Shown here: positions 28,015-41,930 of the stretch, one piece after another
Numbering within the stretch: position 1 is the first letter of the stretch
How the letters are laid out: each line of letters starts with the position of its first letter
From: Chrysomallon squamiferum
Taxonomy: Eukaryota > Animalia > Mollusca
Length of the DNA: 64,000 nt
NCBI GenBank assembly: GCA_012295275.1
Contig: CM022671.1
Span: 13,082,001-13,146,000, forward strand
Reading direction: 5' to 3'
The notes under the pieces: generated by a model
Database searches by the model: none
The model's input: the letters and a program-made list of their open reading frames with translations, nothing else
What the model was told of the DNA's origin: nothing
Position numbers and translations under genes: made by a program

Positions 28015-30019
28015 TAGTTTTGTTTCTTTTAAAATAAAATATAGGCCTAATTATCAAATAATTATTTTCCATATAACTTTGTGTAAAAGAATTTATTAAC
28101 ATGTTTAAAGCATCAGATTCAGAATGTACACTATGTGAGATCAAGATGAAATGTCAAGAATTTTAATTTCCTGGAATCACTTTTTAAGATTTAAATATCA
28201 GTAAGGCATAGGTCAGGTTAGAATTGTTATTTAAAAGTTTCCATTAGATTCCAGTTTTATTACTGATGGTGTGTTCATTGTAATGGGTGTTTAATTACAC
28301 ATTGGCTATTAAAATTGAGATATTGCATTTCATATATCTCCAATTATCTATGTACAGTGAATGTATGTGAGCATATACAGATATATTTAAATGGAAAAAA
28401 GAACAAAACTACATAAATATATTGTTTCATTCTTTATAAGTGATTCAATTAAAAGCTATTTTCTAGAATAACTGAATTTACCAACGAAATATCTCAGTAG
28501 TAAAAATTCAGTAATATGATAAAAAGTAAACTATTTTCAGTTTTTAAATATGAACCTGGCATTGTGAACAATTTAGTATTTCTTACTTTTGACTATTCCA
28601 CTATAATAATAATAAAATATAACAAGTATATAAATAAATACTGTTTTTGGTCTTTCTGTGTCAAGCCATTATTTCACTTCTGTTTTAGAAAAAGCTATAA
28701 TGAAGCTGAATCTTGTGTGTGTATATACAAGATACATACATATATATATATACACCTTAATAATCAGAGAGCAGGTAAATCAAAGACTGGACAAGAAAAT
28801 CAATATGCTCATATCCTGTAATCTCATCTGTTACACTGTAACCTTGTCACTCCAGAAGTTGTTGTTTTGGCATTACCATGGTGATGGTCATCTATATCCA
28901 GTCCTTGTTACAGCCAGGAATAATTGATACAGCATCACTGATTTCAGTTGGAGAACAAAATACCTGGTGAAATCATCAAGAGCAGGAGATAATGATGTGC
29001 AGTATTAATTTTTATCTAATTACATATTATTATCCATCAGCCTTATGGTATAATGATTAATTTTTAGACTGGAATGATCAAACCTTAGTACCATCTTTTA
29101 TTTAAAGTTAATGGAAAAAGATTCATAATAACAACACTTCTCAATAACTAACATTCTAATATACTAATACGATGCTAGTCATGAACCATCATTTCTTGGC
29201 TTCTGAATAGTGTGACCAAATCAGATTTGCTTAAACTTTCAACACTAGCACATTTCAAATGATTGATATGTTGATTAATTGACAGTGCTTACTAATGTTA
29301 CTTGTCATAATACATTGTTTGTTAATGATATTTGTGGACAAGGTCATTCATAATTTATCTTTTTGTTTAAATAGATACCATTTAAAAAAAAAATAATAAA
29401 AAAAGTTTTATCTCTTTGCAATATATTTTATAGTTTTCTAGGATATTATATTTTTACTTTCGATATTTTAAATCTTTTTAAAACTGTCTTTAAGACTTCA
29501 AAACAAGATTTATTTACAAAAGGAAACAACTTTCTGGCTCTTTTTTTGTTTTAGTTGTTCATACTATAAAATGGTTTAATTCCATTGACAGTCAGTTCAG
29601 TTTTCGAAATAAATCACTTTTGAATGTTTTCTCCATTATGTATCAGTGCCACAACCATTTCTGGAAAGTTATGATATTATATAAATCAACTTAATTTTAA
29701 ATTTAATGCATTGCTAAAACCAATTTTCTCAGTAATCTTTTTATAAACCATCCTGAATTTTTTTAATTAATAAATGGTTTCCATATGCAGTGCTTAAAAA
29801 CAGTTATGAAAATGGTATAGTACTGAGCCAAATGGTACTGCATCTGAGAAGACCAGCTGATGTTATTTTGAAAATCTTTATCAGTCAGTCTTTTACAGAT
29901 TCTGTCAAATTGTGCCATGAATTCTTATGACTGGTAAAATGCAAAAAATCCTAGCGATTGCACAAAACAATCAATTTGCACTTAAGCCCTTCCTAGCCTG
30001 AAAACATTCTTGTTTAAGA

Positions 30020-30073
30020 ATTATTTTTAAAATTTTTAGATGGAATATTATTTTTAAAATTTTTAGATGGAAT
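30020..30073. repeat. Perfect 27-bp tandem duplication
   Basis: attatttttaaaatttttagatggaat x2. Confidence 0.95.
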
Positions 30074-33000
30074 GATCATATCTCTTGAGTTTAATAATAA
30101 TAATAATAATATGAATGACTCAATGAAAAACTACAATGGAAGAACATAATTAAGTCATCTGATTAAAGTATGTTCCACACCTTTTATTAGTTGTTATAGG
30201 GATCCTTCCTCCCAACAATGATTTTGAAGAAAAAGCAACAGGAGAAAATAAAATGTTCTTCTCCTAGCCAGAAAATTGTAAAATGTAAAATGAAAATTAC
30301 TTTCTAAACTCATTTTAAACACTGAAAACACCAAATAATGCATTTGGGTAAGGAATTATTTGTTGTTTTCTCTTTATTCCTTCTTCCCAATTCATGTTGC
30401 ATGTTTGATCAATTGCATCACATAATTGTAAAGTAAAATATACAGGAAAAAACAATGAATTGATAAATTGTATTTTTGTTATGACATCCAACCCTGCTGA
30501 ATTTTTTCATAATCAAACTAATGTAAGAATTTATATGTTATATGTTTAAATTCAAGACGATTCACTGATATTATCATAGGGTATAGGTAAATAAATAGAC
30601 CAAGTGAATTTTAAAAACAAAAAGTATAAAATTAATATCTGAAACATTAAATTTAATTAAATGGCATTCACTATGACACTAGTTTAGATGTTTTCAAAAC
30701 TGGGAGTGAAGTGATGTTTACAATTGTTTCCAAAGTTTTTAGTCAGGCCTAAGTTTAGGACACTAAGAATGCATGCCATGTCCACACTGCAAGCTAGTGC
30801 ATAGAACTGTAAGAATGCACAGTACAATCTTAAGATAGCACAGATGAGCAAATCATGTGGAATATATACATTGCTTATAATATTGTCAATAACCATTTAG
30901 GAAAAAATATGAATCTAAAAGCGTCAAAAATTAGACTTTAAAAATTAACTTGCAAATTCAGTAGTTAGAAAAAGATTTAGCAATGATCAAACAGCAACTG
31001 GTATCTAAAAGGATCAGCTAATGGTCAAGAAATAATCAAGATCAGATGACAGTCTTCACTTTTGAAAATCGGATGTCAAGAAATCTGTGTGCATTTGCAC
31101 TGACTAATTACTATTGAATTTCAGCACATTATAATACAAACATGCTGAGTAGCATGTTGTCTACTGATCAGTTCTATAATCAGACTTGGGGAACACCATG
31201 AGACAGGTTTTGAGTTACACACATCAGCCAGATCTAATCCTTCTTACCTGATTTCTAAAGATAATCCTGAAAGTACCAAGATGTGCATCCTTTAATGCAT
31301 GCTTACTGTGTAATACATTTATTATTATTTAGAGAAGGAAATGTTTAAACAGTATATTTACACACTCACACACAACATACATACATACATACATACATAC
31401 ATTCATACATTTATGTTTTTGATTTTCTTAACAAAATTATTAATTTTATTCTTGATATTCACTTTTATTTTGTACCCGTGTCATTATTAAAATAGAATGC
31501 ATTTATTTTTGAATGCTTCAGATTTATCCTATCTGAACAAAGATACCATGTTTTACAGGTTAAGTTTTTGTTATCAAACATTGTAATTACCTAACCAATT
31601 AAGTTTATTATCTTTAAGCTTGTAGATCTGCCCATTTTAATATTTATTAATACAGTATCAAGAAAACCCCAGTTGATTAGTCTAAATTTAAAATGTTTGA
31701 ATGCTTTCTTGTGCCTTTGTTTCTTGCTTTTATTTTGTTATTTTACATTTATGTGAAATGTTACATAACTGAATTTTATTTCATCTCCTTTTTTCTTTAA
31801 TTTCAAAATACTGTCATTAGTCAATTCATATTTCAAAAACTTTGTTTAGCTAATCTCTCCCTTTTTCATCATTCTTTAATGTTTTATTATTTATTTTTTG
31901 TTTTTGGCCATTTCATAGTTCAGAAAAATCCCTGCCAACAACAAATATTGTCAAAGAAAATATTATCCAACATATAATATCCTTTTGTCATTGTGTTGGT
32001 ATGAAACTAAAACTGAAATGCAAATCTTCCATTTGTCATAACTGTCACAGTGCATGTTGTATAGCAAGACAGATGTATTGTTATCAGCAGCACTGGCTCT
32101 CTTTAACAAAACTTACTAAAAAAATACATTAAAAAAAAGAGGCTTTAAGCAGTGATTCTGTCAGCAAACCACTGTACTGTAGGGATGTGTGATTTTCCCA
32201 AGATTTCAGTTGGGAGGTGGAAATTAAAGGTTTCATTTGTTTTTAAAAATGCTCACTTTGCCCCTAGTGACCAAACTTACAGACAAATTATTTGATTGTT
32301 GTGTTACTATGCCAACATGTGGTAAATGTACTTTAAAGGAAATGGGATTTTTTTTCTTTGTCTTTGGTTTAATCAGAAACTGAAGACAAATGAAGGCCTT
32401 GATAATGGTCTCTTTAAGAAGGTTTTCTTTCTTGGGAGATGATTTTGATATGTTCTTGAAAATAAAATCTTTGAAACAGTTTGCACCATCTATTTTTCTG
32501 TTCCAGCGAATTACTCAATACTGACATGTTAATTATTTATTTTCACATCTGGTTAATTATTTTCAATCTCTTTTATTTATTTATCCTCTTTAGATACTGA
32601 GTTTCATGATATTTATTTAACAGAATCTTAAAATAAATAGTGTGTTTAAAACCTGTTTGGTAACAGAAATATTGCAAATCTTCAAAACAAGTAAATCTTT
32701 TTCAATTTATTTTCATTCTAACTTTATTTTATATCTTACATTGTTGAACATCAAGTAATTATCTGCATTGTGGGTTAAAGTAATTTTATTTGTTTCTGTA
32801 AGAAAATATAAATCATGTCTGTTTTTAAACAGTCTCAGACATTTCATAGTGATCAGAACTATTTATGAAAAAAGTATTTATAAATAGTAATGGAAAACTA
32901 AATTAAGCTTCATGTTCATAATTCCATGAATATACTGAATATCACAGACATTGCTCTAGTAGTCATTCTGAATAGGAACCCAATGTAGCTGAATGAATGT

Positions 33001-33169
33001 ATAATAAGGGCATTTCCAGATTTGATTAATAATAAGAGGAATGTTCCTAAAGCACATTGTTTCTGATTTGAGATCCCTTCCTAACAGGGAACACATGCTT
33101 CTTTCTTCAAATATTAATTAATCCTTCTCTTTATCATCTGTATGTGGACATTTGAGATATGGTGTAATT

Positions 33170-33495
33170 GGGTGTAGGAAAAAATGACACTGGATAAAAT
33201 GGCACCTGGAAGAAATGGCACTGTGCAGATTTGTAAAAAATGGAACATTATTTATTTTTTCTGTATAGTTGCTTTAAAAAAACTTAAAAGTCCTTTTGAA
33301 AATACAGTTTATTCATGCAGTATTGTTACATACATGTATATTAATATATATCATCACTCAGCTTGGTTTTTCTGAACAAAATACAGTGTTGTATCAGAGT
33401 TTATTATCACACACACACACGCACACACACACGCACACACACACACATATACAAATATCTATATATACACATACATATGCACACATATACACACA

Positions 33496-33535
<40 letters not shown>

Positions 33536-33691
33536 TACAAACACATATGTATGCATGCATATGTAAATAGATAGCATGAGTATGTCCAAACATACAGTCA
33601 CATTCATATAGATGTACCTAATGTCAATACGCATACCACAGTTAAAATATCCTCCAGAATATTATTCTGTCAATTCAAACAGCATTAGATG

Positions 33692-33734
<43 letters not shown>

Positions 33735-33949
33735 ATGCATGCATGCATGCATGCGTGTGTGTGCATGTATGTATGTGTGTGTGTAAAATACATACATACA
33801 TACATATATGTTTTGATTTACATTTGTTTTGACTGTTTAATTATGAACTGTCAACTGCTAAAGATGATAGTACCTGCAGTTTGTTATTTCTAAGCAATAA
33901 AAAATATTTTCCAGGTGCCATTTGTTCTGGTGCCATTTTTTTCATACCC
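33170..33949. mobile_element. 780-bp Mutator-like MITE with microsatellite-filled interior
   Basis: TIRs gggtgtaggaaaaaatgacactggataaaatggcacctggaa and ttccaggtgccatttgttctggtgccatttttttcataccc, with subterminal aaatggcac repeats. Flanks tggtgtaatt (33160-33169) / tggtataatc (33950-33959) form a 9-10 bp TSD with mismatches, typical of MULEs. Confidence 0.85.
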
Positions 33950-35280
33950 TGGTATAATCACTGTTTGTTCTATAACATGATAATGGACAGTTCTAGATAG
34001 TTTTAACATTAGCTGGAGGCATCAGAGTCAATGTATCTATCACATTTATCCCATTTACTTTAAAGTTCATTGTACTTAGGGTACAGATACACTCTTAATG
34101 AAATATATCACACAACAAAATCCCTGTTAGTCAATCTATTAGGTCTGACTGAGGCTAGAATTTCCTCAACCTCTTTTTTACTTAGGCAAGTCTCAGGCAA
34201 TTATATATTGATCATACGTGATAGAATTTCAGTTGTACAGGATTTTCCATGAATACTTTTATAAATGCCTGCCAACCCAGAGCTTTTTCTGAAAATAAAT
34301 GAAATTAAATTTGTTGAAAGGAGATAAATGTGTAAAATGTTGTGATGAAAGTATTTGTTCTCTGTTCTTTTCAATATGTTGCATGTCACAAACATCAGAA
34401 TAAAATTACATAATGGAAAAAAAAGAAAAGAAATTAATCTCTGTTGGTCTGAATTGATAAAAAGTAATTTCTTAATGTGCAGTGTCAGATTAAATAACAT
34501 TGCAGATATTTCTATCAATTGTACAACAGTAAAATTAGTTAATATATTTGTGAAGAGGTGATTTTAAAAAAAATTATTTTGGGTCCTTCCATCATGGTTG
34601 TATGTCAGCCTATCTGTGGTGAACATTGTGTATAGCTTTAGTTGTGTCACAAGTGATTTTACAGATTAATAAATGTTTGTGTGTGCTACAATATTATTAT
34701 TATTAATATTACAGACATGTTTATATTGTGTTTATTGGTTTTCTTTTTCTTGTAGGTAAATTCTTCTTTCTTGAGTTTAATGATATTGGTTGAGAATATT
34801 TGAAATGAAATCAGATGGTGTTAATTAAAGGTATGTGATTTCTTTTATATATTTTCAGCTGGTGATGTCTTACATCTAGTATTCCAGATATGCACACATG
34901 CATGCATAAACATTCACATATGCATGGGTATACATGATGTACGCAAATACACATTTGAAAATATATATCGAAAAGATTCACTCATACATACATATATTTA
35001 TCTGAACATTTTTCTATGCAAATGTTCATTTTCAGATAAACATACATAAATAAATATATTTATATCATAAAGTTTTACTGAAACTATAACTATTCAAAAT
35101 ATATTTCAATAAATAAAAACTTTGCTTGCCAAAGTGATAACATTAATTTAAAAGTTTTTCTCCAGACCAAAAGAAGGAATGTATATCAGTGCAGTAAGCA
35201 TTTTACTGCATAATAAAATCTGACAGAACAAAATAATTCAAAAGTGCATTTTTCATGGTTTATGAATCAAATTAGTTCAT

Positions 35281-35430
35281 TTGGATCTGATTGAAATAAC
35301 AATAGTCAATACTGGATCTGGCTAAAATAACAATATAGTCAATACTGAATCTGACTGAAATAACAATATATTCATTACTTGATCTGACTGATATAACAAT
35401 ATAGTCAATACTGGATCTTATTCAAATAAT
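35281..35430. repeat. 33-bp minisatellite, ~4.5 copies
   Basis: Unit approx. tactggatctgactgaaataacaatatagtcaa repeated head-to-tail, with no unique spacers. Confidence 0.92.
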
Positions 35431-35479
35431 TGTACAGTTGATGATCCCATTAGTCAACAGTGTGGTAAATTAAAAAACA

Positions 35480-36350
35480 CTTAGGGACAATGAAATGTTA
35501 TGTAGTGGAAATAGTGCTCCACTCCTACAGCAGATACGGCACAACCACATAAAGGAGTTTGGTCAAGTGGGCTCATCTTTCAACATGGGTCCAATTCACT
35601 GTCTATAAGGATAGAAAATTATTTTTTATGAATTCCAATTCCCAGTCTTTCCTGCTTACTGTTGACATATGGGGAGTTGTATATTTATGAAATTCATATG
35701 TGCATGCAGTACTGTCTCTGCCAAATATCAAGTTTTTTAATGGAAAATGTTGATGTAATTTGAGCTAGCCCACTGAATTTCTTGAGTCTTTGATCTGCTA
35801 TGATGTTCTAGCTTCCTGAGCAGTTGGTTCGATATTTGATCTTTTCAATAGAATACCACAATATGATCCAGGATGGACAAAATTTGTATATCCTGTCAGT
35901 TTCATCCTCCTCCATCTCTTCATTGTCTAGGAAGTGGAGCTAGGAAATGATGTCCAAGAATCAGTTCCTTGGCACTGTCTCTCTGAAAATGGGTAATGTG
36001 ACCATTGCTGCTACATCTTAGATTTGGATTGATGCCCAAAAGCTCTTTTATGGTTGTTGGCTTAGAGATGTGGATGTTGACATTTGTAGATATTCATTTC
36101 TAGGGCCATTAAATTTAAAAATGACCCAAGAAATATTCTTGTAAGAAGATTCAGGTCAATGTAGCAGCATCTTCCTCCACATATTTGGCACATGGTTGGC
36201 ATAGGTAAACTTCTTTGGATGTTTCAAGTTATGATGCAGTCACATTCAGTCTGGTACATGAAGTCAATAGCTGCAGATTTCCCTTTGATGAATACTCTGG
36301 GACTGTCTTGCCATTGGAATGTCCAACTGAACAAGTGGTTCATCTTGCAG
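35480..36350 (-). mobile_element. piggyBac transposase relic
   Basis: Minus strand 35872-36050 reads KSFWAS...TLPIFRETVPRN*FLDIIS*LHFLDNEEMEEDETDRIYKFCP, matching the piggyBac motif YWS...PIF..TM.RNRF..I...LHF.DN....DRLYK.RP. Downstream IIADQRLKKFSG resembles the catalytic SIDE..V.F.GR. One stop is a CGA>TGA CpG decay. Confidence 0.92.
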
Positions 36351-36815
36351 CAGTGAGGGGAATATGACATATTATCAGGTACACAAATTCTGCAGAATTG
36401 TGAAGGAAATTTCAACACAGTAAATAAAAAAAACTTTCATTATTTAATCACATGCTGTAAACATACTGATCTTTTCAGTAGAATGCGGCTATGCAGGGTA
36501 CAGCATAATTTGACACTCATTATAACTGAGTGAATACCTGGCTTAGAGACTCTTAAGTAAGTGATTGACCTGGGCCCAAGGAATTAAGCATTGTACATAT
36601 GTGTGTGTTTGTGTGAGATCTGAATATATATTTTTCTTTGTTCATGTCTTTGTGTGTGCCTGTGATAATAATTTTATATGTTTGTTTATGTGTGTATTTA
36701 TATCCATGTATATAGTTTTATTGTGTATATGTGTGTGAGAAGGGAAGAGATGTATGTCTGTATCTGAGTATGCATGTGTATGCATTTCTGTGATGTCATA
36801 TAGCAAATTTTAATA

Positions 36816-37139
36816 CAGGTACCGGACCAGTTATCCGTGTCCAGAAATCTGGAAAGACCAGAAAACTGGAAGTTTTTCCCTGATGCTATTTTCATAGTTC
36901 GCGCGCACAGGTGTTGTCCTCACCAGATCGGAACTACTCTTTCAAGCCATGTGATGTTCATTCACTCACCGCATTGTTTACATGTTGAGTTGCCACAGTT
37001 GTGTATCATCAATTTTCTTTGTTTTTAATTTTAAAATGTTTACACCTAATTATTTATGTATTTAGATGCCTTGGTGCAAGAAAACAGTAAAATCCAGAAA
37101 TACGCAATGCAAGGATTCTGGATATTGGTCCGGTACCTG
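36816..37139. mobile_element. 324-bp Tc1/mariner-pogo-type MITE
   Basis: ta|caggtaccggacca ... tggtccggtacctg|ta: perfect 14-bp terminal inverted repeats, TA duplication, CpGs retained. Confidence 0.93.
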
Positions 37140-37541
37140 TATGTATTTATGTGATTGTTGATGTGAATGACTCTATTTTTTTCATAAATTGTGACCCTAC
37201 ATTCTTTTTTTGGTTATTCTGTTTGTTTGTGTTATGTAGTTACAGGAGACATACTGTTTTACAATAAACAGAATCATGTACATAATTATATATCTACAGA
37301 ACTTACGTGACACACACACATACACACACACACATTAACAAAAGAACTCAGTTCTTATTTGAGACATTTTCCTTTCAGTAATGAATAATTTGTAGCAACC
37401 ATCAGCTGCTTGTATCATTACACTTGTCAGTAATTAGCAAACTTTTCCAGCCATGGTGATAGAGGAGTGGCCGATGACATGAATGTGTTTAAATCTGTTA
37501 TACTCATGTATTCACAAAATGATACATACATTCATACATGC

Positions 37542-37542
<1 letters not shown>

Positions 37543-37582
<40 letters not shown>

Positions 37583-37736
37583 CATTCTTTTACTCTTTTT
37601 AAACCTGATATGACACAGTGTGAAAGTTACTGAACTATTTTGTCTAGTTAAGCTGTGCAGCCTTGTGCTGTGAATACATGTTAGCTCTGCACACACATGC
37701 ACACACCACATACACCACACGTGCACACACATGCAC

Positions 37737-37793
<57 letters not shown>

Positions 37794-37801
37794 ACACACA
37801 G
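37543..37801. repeat. Opposed (TG)n (37543-37579) and (CA)n (37690-37801) microsatellites
   Basis: Seen directly. Confidence 0.92.
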
Positions 37802-39056
37802 ACACGGACATACATATTTGTCTTCCTTCTAATTAAATTTGTGAGAGACAGTACAGAGTGCTGTAAAATGACAAAATATTTCCCTAAGATATGCAGTCTG
37901 GTTCTATTAATACTTTGTCATCTCTATCCAGGCTAGAGTGCTTTGGAAAGCCAATTACAATTATCCTTGAATTCCATCTGTTGTAAGATTTAACTGTCAG
38001 ATAATGTAGAACCCAAATGAATATAATATGACTTCAGTAGTTGATGTCATGTTTCAGTACTACTGGTGGTATTTGATCTTATACAGGCAACCTTTATTAC
38101 CCAGACTTGACATTAATGTCTGTGTCAGCAGTTTGCTCACAAGAGTTTCACATCTGACTAACTGAAATATCTTCAATCCCCCACCCCCAAAAAATGAATG
38201 GGGGTAAATCTGAAATTGAAGTGAAAATATAAAGTTTTTACTTTGCGTAAAATTTGATTTCAATACAGATTCATCTATTTACAAATGAGTCAAGTTTAGA
38301 TTTGACTGTATTGTAAATGTTAGTTATTTTCAGAGTTAAGTCAGTGTTTTAGATAGGCAAAATGTTGCCAAGTCCAGCCATCAGCTGTAAATGCAAGAGC
38401 TGGTACATGCTTATAAATAAATATCTCAGACTTTGACTTTGGTCTCTTTCTCTCCATGTATGTATAAGTAAATGATCTCAGTAAAAAAAAAAAAAAAATC
38501 AATTTTGATACCATTAATATATATATTAAAAGATATATAAAATAATTCTTCAATGTACATTAACACATTTTAACAATAGTATTAAAAATCATATCTTTAG
38601 AAAAAAAGCCAGTAGCATATAGACATATTGGTTTATCATTAAATATTCTTTCTGAAGGTATTAACTGAAAAATACCCTAGTTAATGTAGTTTTATTCATG
38701 TATTTCTCTTTGAAGTGTGAGTATATTTTGTTTTACAAGAAAGATCTGGTGGGTATAATCAGTAGCACTCAGTTTCTTCTGGACATTGTTTAGTTTATCT
38801 CAATTTGATCAAAGTTTGTGTCATGGCAATTGGGATAAGCATGTCTATGAGTAGATTTAATCAGCAAATCTCTGAATATATTTAAACAGCAAACACTGTC
38901 TTTAAGAAATTAAACCAACCAATATGATACCATATTCAAATTTTCTTTGGAGTAAATATTAACACTGAATTACCATCAAGTTTTAAATCAATGAAACTTA
39001 TTGAAAAATATTCTTTGTTGGGGTATTGAAGATGATTAGATTATATTTTATTTTAG

Positions 39057-39220
39057 TGTTGATTTAATTGCATAAAAATTACAATTTAAGTGATTAAATC
39101 TGGGTTCAGATGACATGCGAATCAATTATGTATACATGATCTAACTGTGCCTCCACCTTGGTTAATAAATCAGCAAAATTAATTAGGCATGTCAATTCTT
39201 GGCATAGTATTAGAAAAGAC
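39057..39220 (+). repeat. 164-bp dispersed direct duplicate of 45890-46053
   Basis: By-eye alignment is ungapped, with 10 mismatches in 164 bp and only one in the central ~100 bp. Confidence 0.95.
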
Positions 39221-41518
39221 AAGGAGGTGTTCAGTACAAAATCTGAAGGTTTTGAGCATTTTTATTATTTCTGATGTCAGAAAAAGAAGATATCTACAGT
39301 CACATGACTTTTTATTAGTCAATGTTTATTCACTAGAATTTGGGAATTTATTTGTTTTTGTTTTTTTAGGTTGTGCCTTACAAATAATATTGAAACTGAT
39401 GATGGAATAATAGTACTAGTAGGAAACAAAAAATTAAGTTTGTTATTTTGAAATTTGGTTCAAAATCTACTACATACATTATGAAGTATAATAACATAGG
39501 TCACTCAGCACAAATTTACTTATTCAGTCTCATCTGTGGTTTGATATTTGTTTCATGAAGTCCATTCCCATATTCAAAGAGGTTCTAAGAAACATCTTTT
39601 CTTAAATATATTATCCAAGTGAAATTCAACTTCTGCTCCATTTATATTGATTCACCAAACTTGTACATTTGTTTACTATTGCATTGTAATTCATTATCCA
39701 TCCAGTTTTTGTCATTGGTTTTCTAAATTATAACCTCTAATTGTAAAATGCTTTAAGCCCCATTCTCAGGAGAAAAGGCTACTGAACAAGTCATCTTTAT
39801 TATTATGTAGCCATTACTAGCAGTTTGACTGTACCTTGATGTACAAGAAAATTGCAAGTTGTTAAAAGAAAAAAGATGAATCCTCTAAAAATTTACATTT
39901 CAGATTTTCTAATTTATCCCTTCTAAATGCAATCCATCATTTAGATCCTTTCTGTCTTATTAATTTCATATAAAAGTTATGTTTTAGTACAAGCAGAAGT
40001 GAAGTTAAGAATTTTGAAAGTTTTTTTTTTTTTTTTTTTTTGAAAAAATTAGACTGAATATTTGCATCATATAGTTTGATCCATTATGAAAAAAGCTTTG
40101 TTAGAGATATCTCAATTCAGAATAGGTCCTTAAAAAAAATAAAGATTTCTTCAAAATGGCAACTTTTAGCAAACCGTACCAAAATATTAAACATAAAAAA
40201 ATGTATAATATTGGAATATTTGACTGATAACTTTTTTATCACCGAAATCAGGAAAAAAGATCTACAATCATATTTAGGAGTCATCCTTATATTTCCCGAA
40301 CAGAAAATCACTTTTGAGTACCTAGTATTATTAACACCCAGTTGTTAATCTACAAGACCAACAATTCACTTTAAAAATGGTAAGCTTTTTAAATTAAATA
40401 CCCATCATCATTTTTATATAGTTAGTATAACAGAAACACAAATTATAACCAATTCTTAACCACAAACTCAAATTTGAAGTTATTGAAATAATTTCTATTT
40501 TTGATGAAATTATTAGCTTGGAAATCGTTTTTGAAGAGATTGTTTATCACTTTCTAAGTTCCACATTTTAGCAATTGATTTTTCTGGTGGTTTTCATTTT
40601 GAAAATTGGTTTTTAAAAATGTTTAGTTAAATCTAAGAACTTGTTTTTACTAATTTCAAGTGTTAACAAGTATCTTTTTCTTTGTGCCAGCCTCTTGTAA
40701 TACTGTTGTGATTAAGAAGAAAACTGATAAGTCAGGGTTTTTTCTATAATGAGTTATTCTGCTTAACACAAGAAATCAAAAAAATATATTGACTTAATAT
40801 TTTCATGGTTTAACTCTTTGTTTAAGTGAACGGCCAATGACATCCTAATGGAAGCAAAATTATCTTTAGATCAAGGCCATACATATTAAATCTCAGAAAT
40901 AATATGATAAAATGTTCAAAATATTCTAATAATTGTATTTGTAATAATTAATTCATTGAATCAAAAGAAAGCATTGTACATTTTCCAGTGTAAGTTATGG
41001 ACATGGGTAGTTTTTAACTCTATTTCCATCAGAGACCATCTCAAGCATGCCTGTCATCACATAACTAAACAAGGCCTGTATATCATTAATTGTGTTGGTT
41101 AAATACATATTATTCATTTAGTAACATGCAAAAATTCAAATAAATATAATTCATTCTCTAATAAGTATTATATTAAATATTCAGGTTATAACAAAAACCT
41201 ATGATAATTGGCAGATATAATATTTTAAACAGAAAAAAACTTTTTATAATATGTAATATGAAGTTTTCTGGTTATATAATAAAGTATAGGAATGCTATAA
41301 TAACCAACAGAAATAAACACGTTAATATTTTTTTCATTTATAACAACATTTATATATCAAATATTCAGAATGTTTATCATAACATGTAAGAAAGTCAAAT
41401 AATAACGGACAAAATATTTAATTATCTTTTTGGTTTTAAGTAATATATCAAATTTTCAGCTTACAATAAGCAGCTGACATAATGACAAATGATGTCCGGG
41501 TTTCTTTCCACTCTAAGC

Positions 41519-41896
41519 GGTGTCTTCCCATTTGGTAGATTCCCAGTTCGTATAATTCCCATTTCGTAGAAAAACCTGGTTTACTGCAATACCTGATTAC
41601 CTCTGTATATAATGAATTTGGCCTGTGCATACATCTGGTTTCTTTCTAACATTCAGAGGGGGAGCGCATTGTTCCTAAATTGATTATGTAACATCAACCG
41701 AAAGCAGAATAAGCATTCACTTTTGTTGTTGATTTGTTACTTTTTCATTATTTCATCATCTTCCTCCTTCTCATTATCATCATCATAATTATCATCATCA
41801 ACATTATTATTATTATTATAATATTATTACTATTATTATTGTTATTATTATTATTATTGTTATTCTTCTTATTCTTCTTATTATAATTACTGTTAC

Positions 41897-41930
<34 letters not shown>

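Noticed and set aside
34756-34830. 75-nt plus-strand exon (ttgtag|...aag|gtatgt)
   Set aside because: Splice-like signals are common in such AT-rich DNA, and there is no homology or other support.
35281-35430. 33-bp repeats as a CRISPR array
   Set aside because: Units are contiguous with no unique spacers, there are no cas genes, and the context is eukaryotic.
39100-39152. miRNA precursor or C/D snoRNA in the duplicated core
   Set aside because: The stem is short and bulged, there is no canonical RUGAUGA C box, and no known mature miRNA was recognised.
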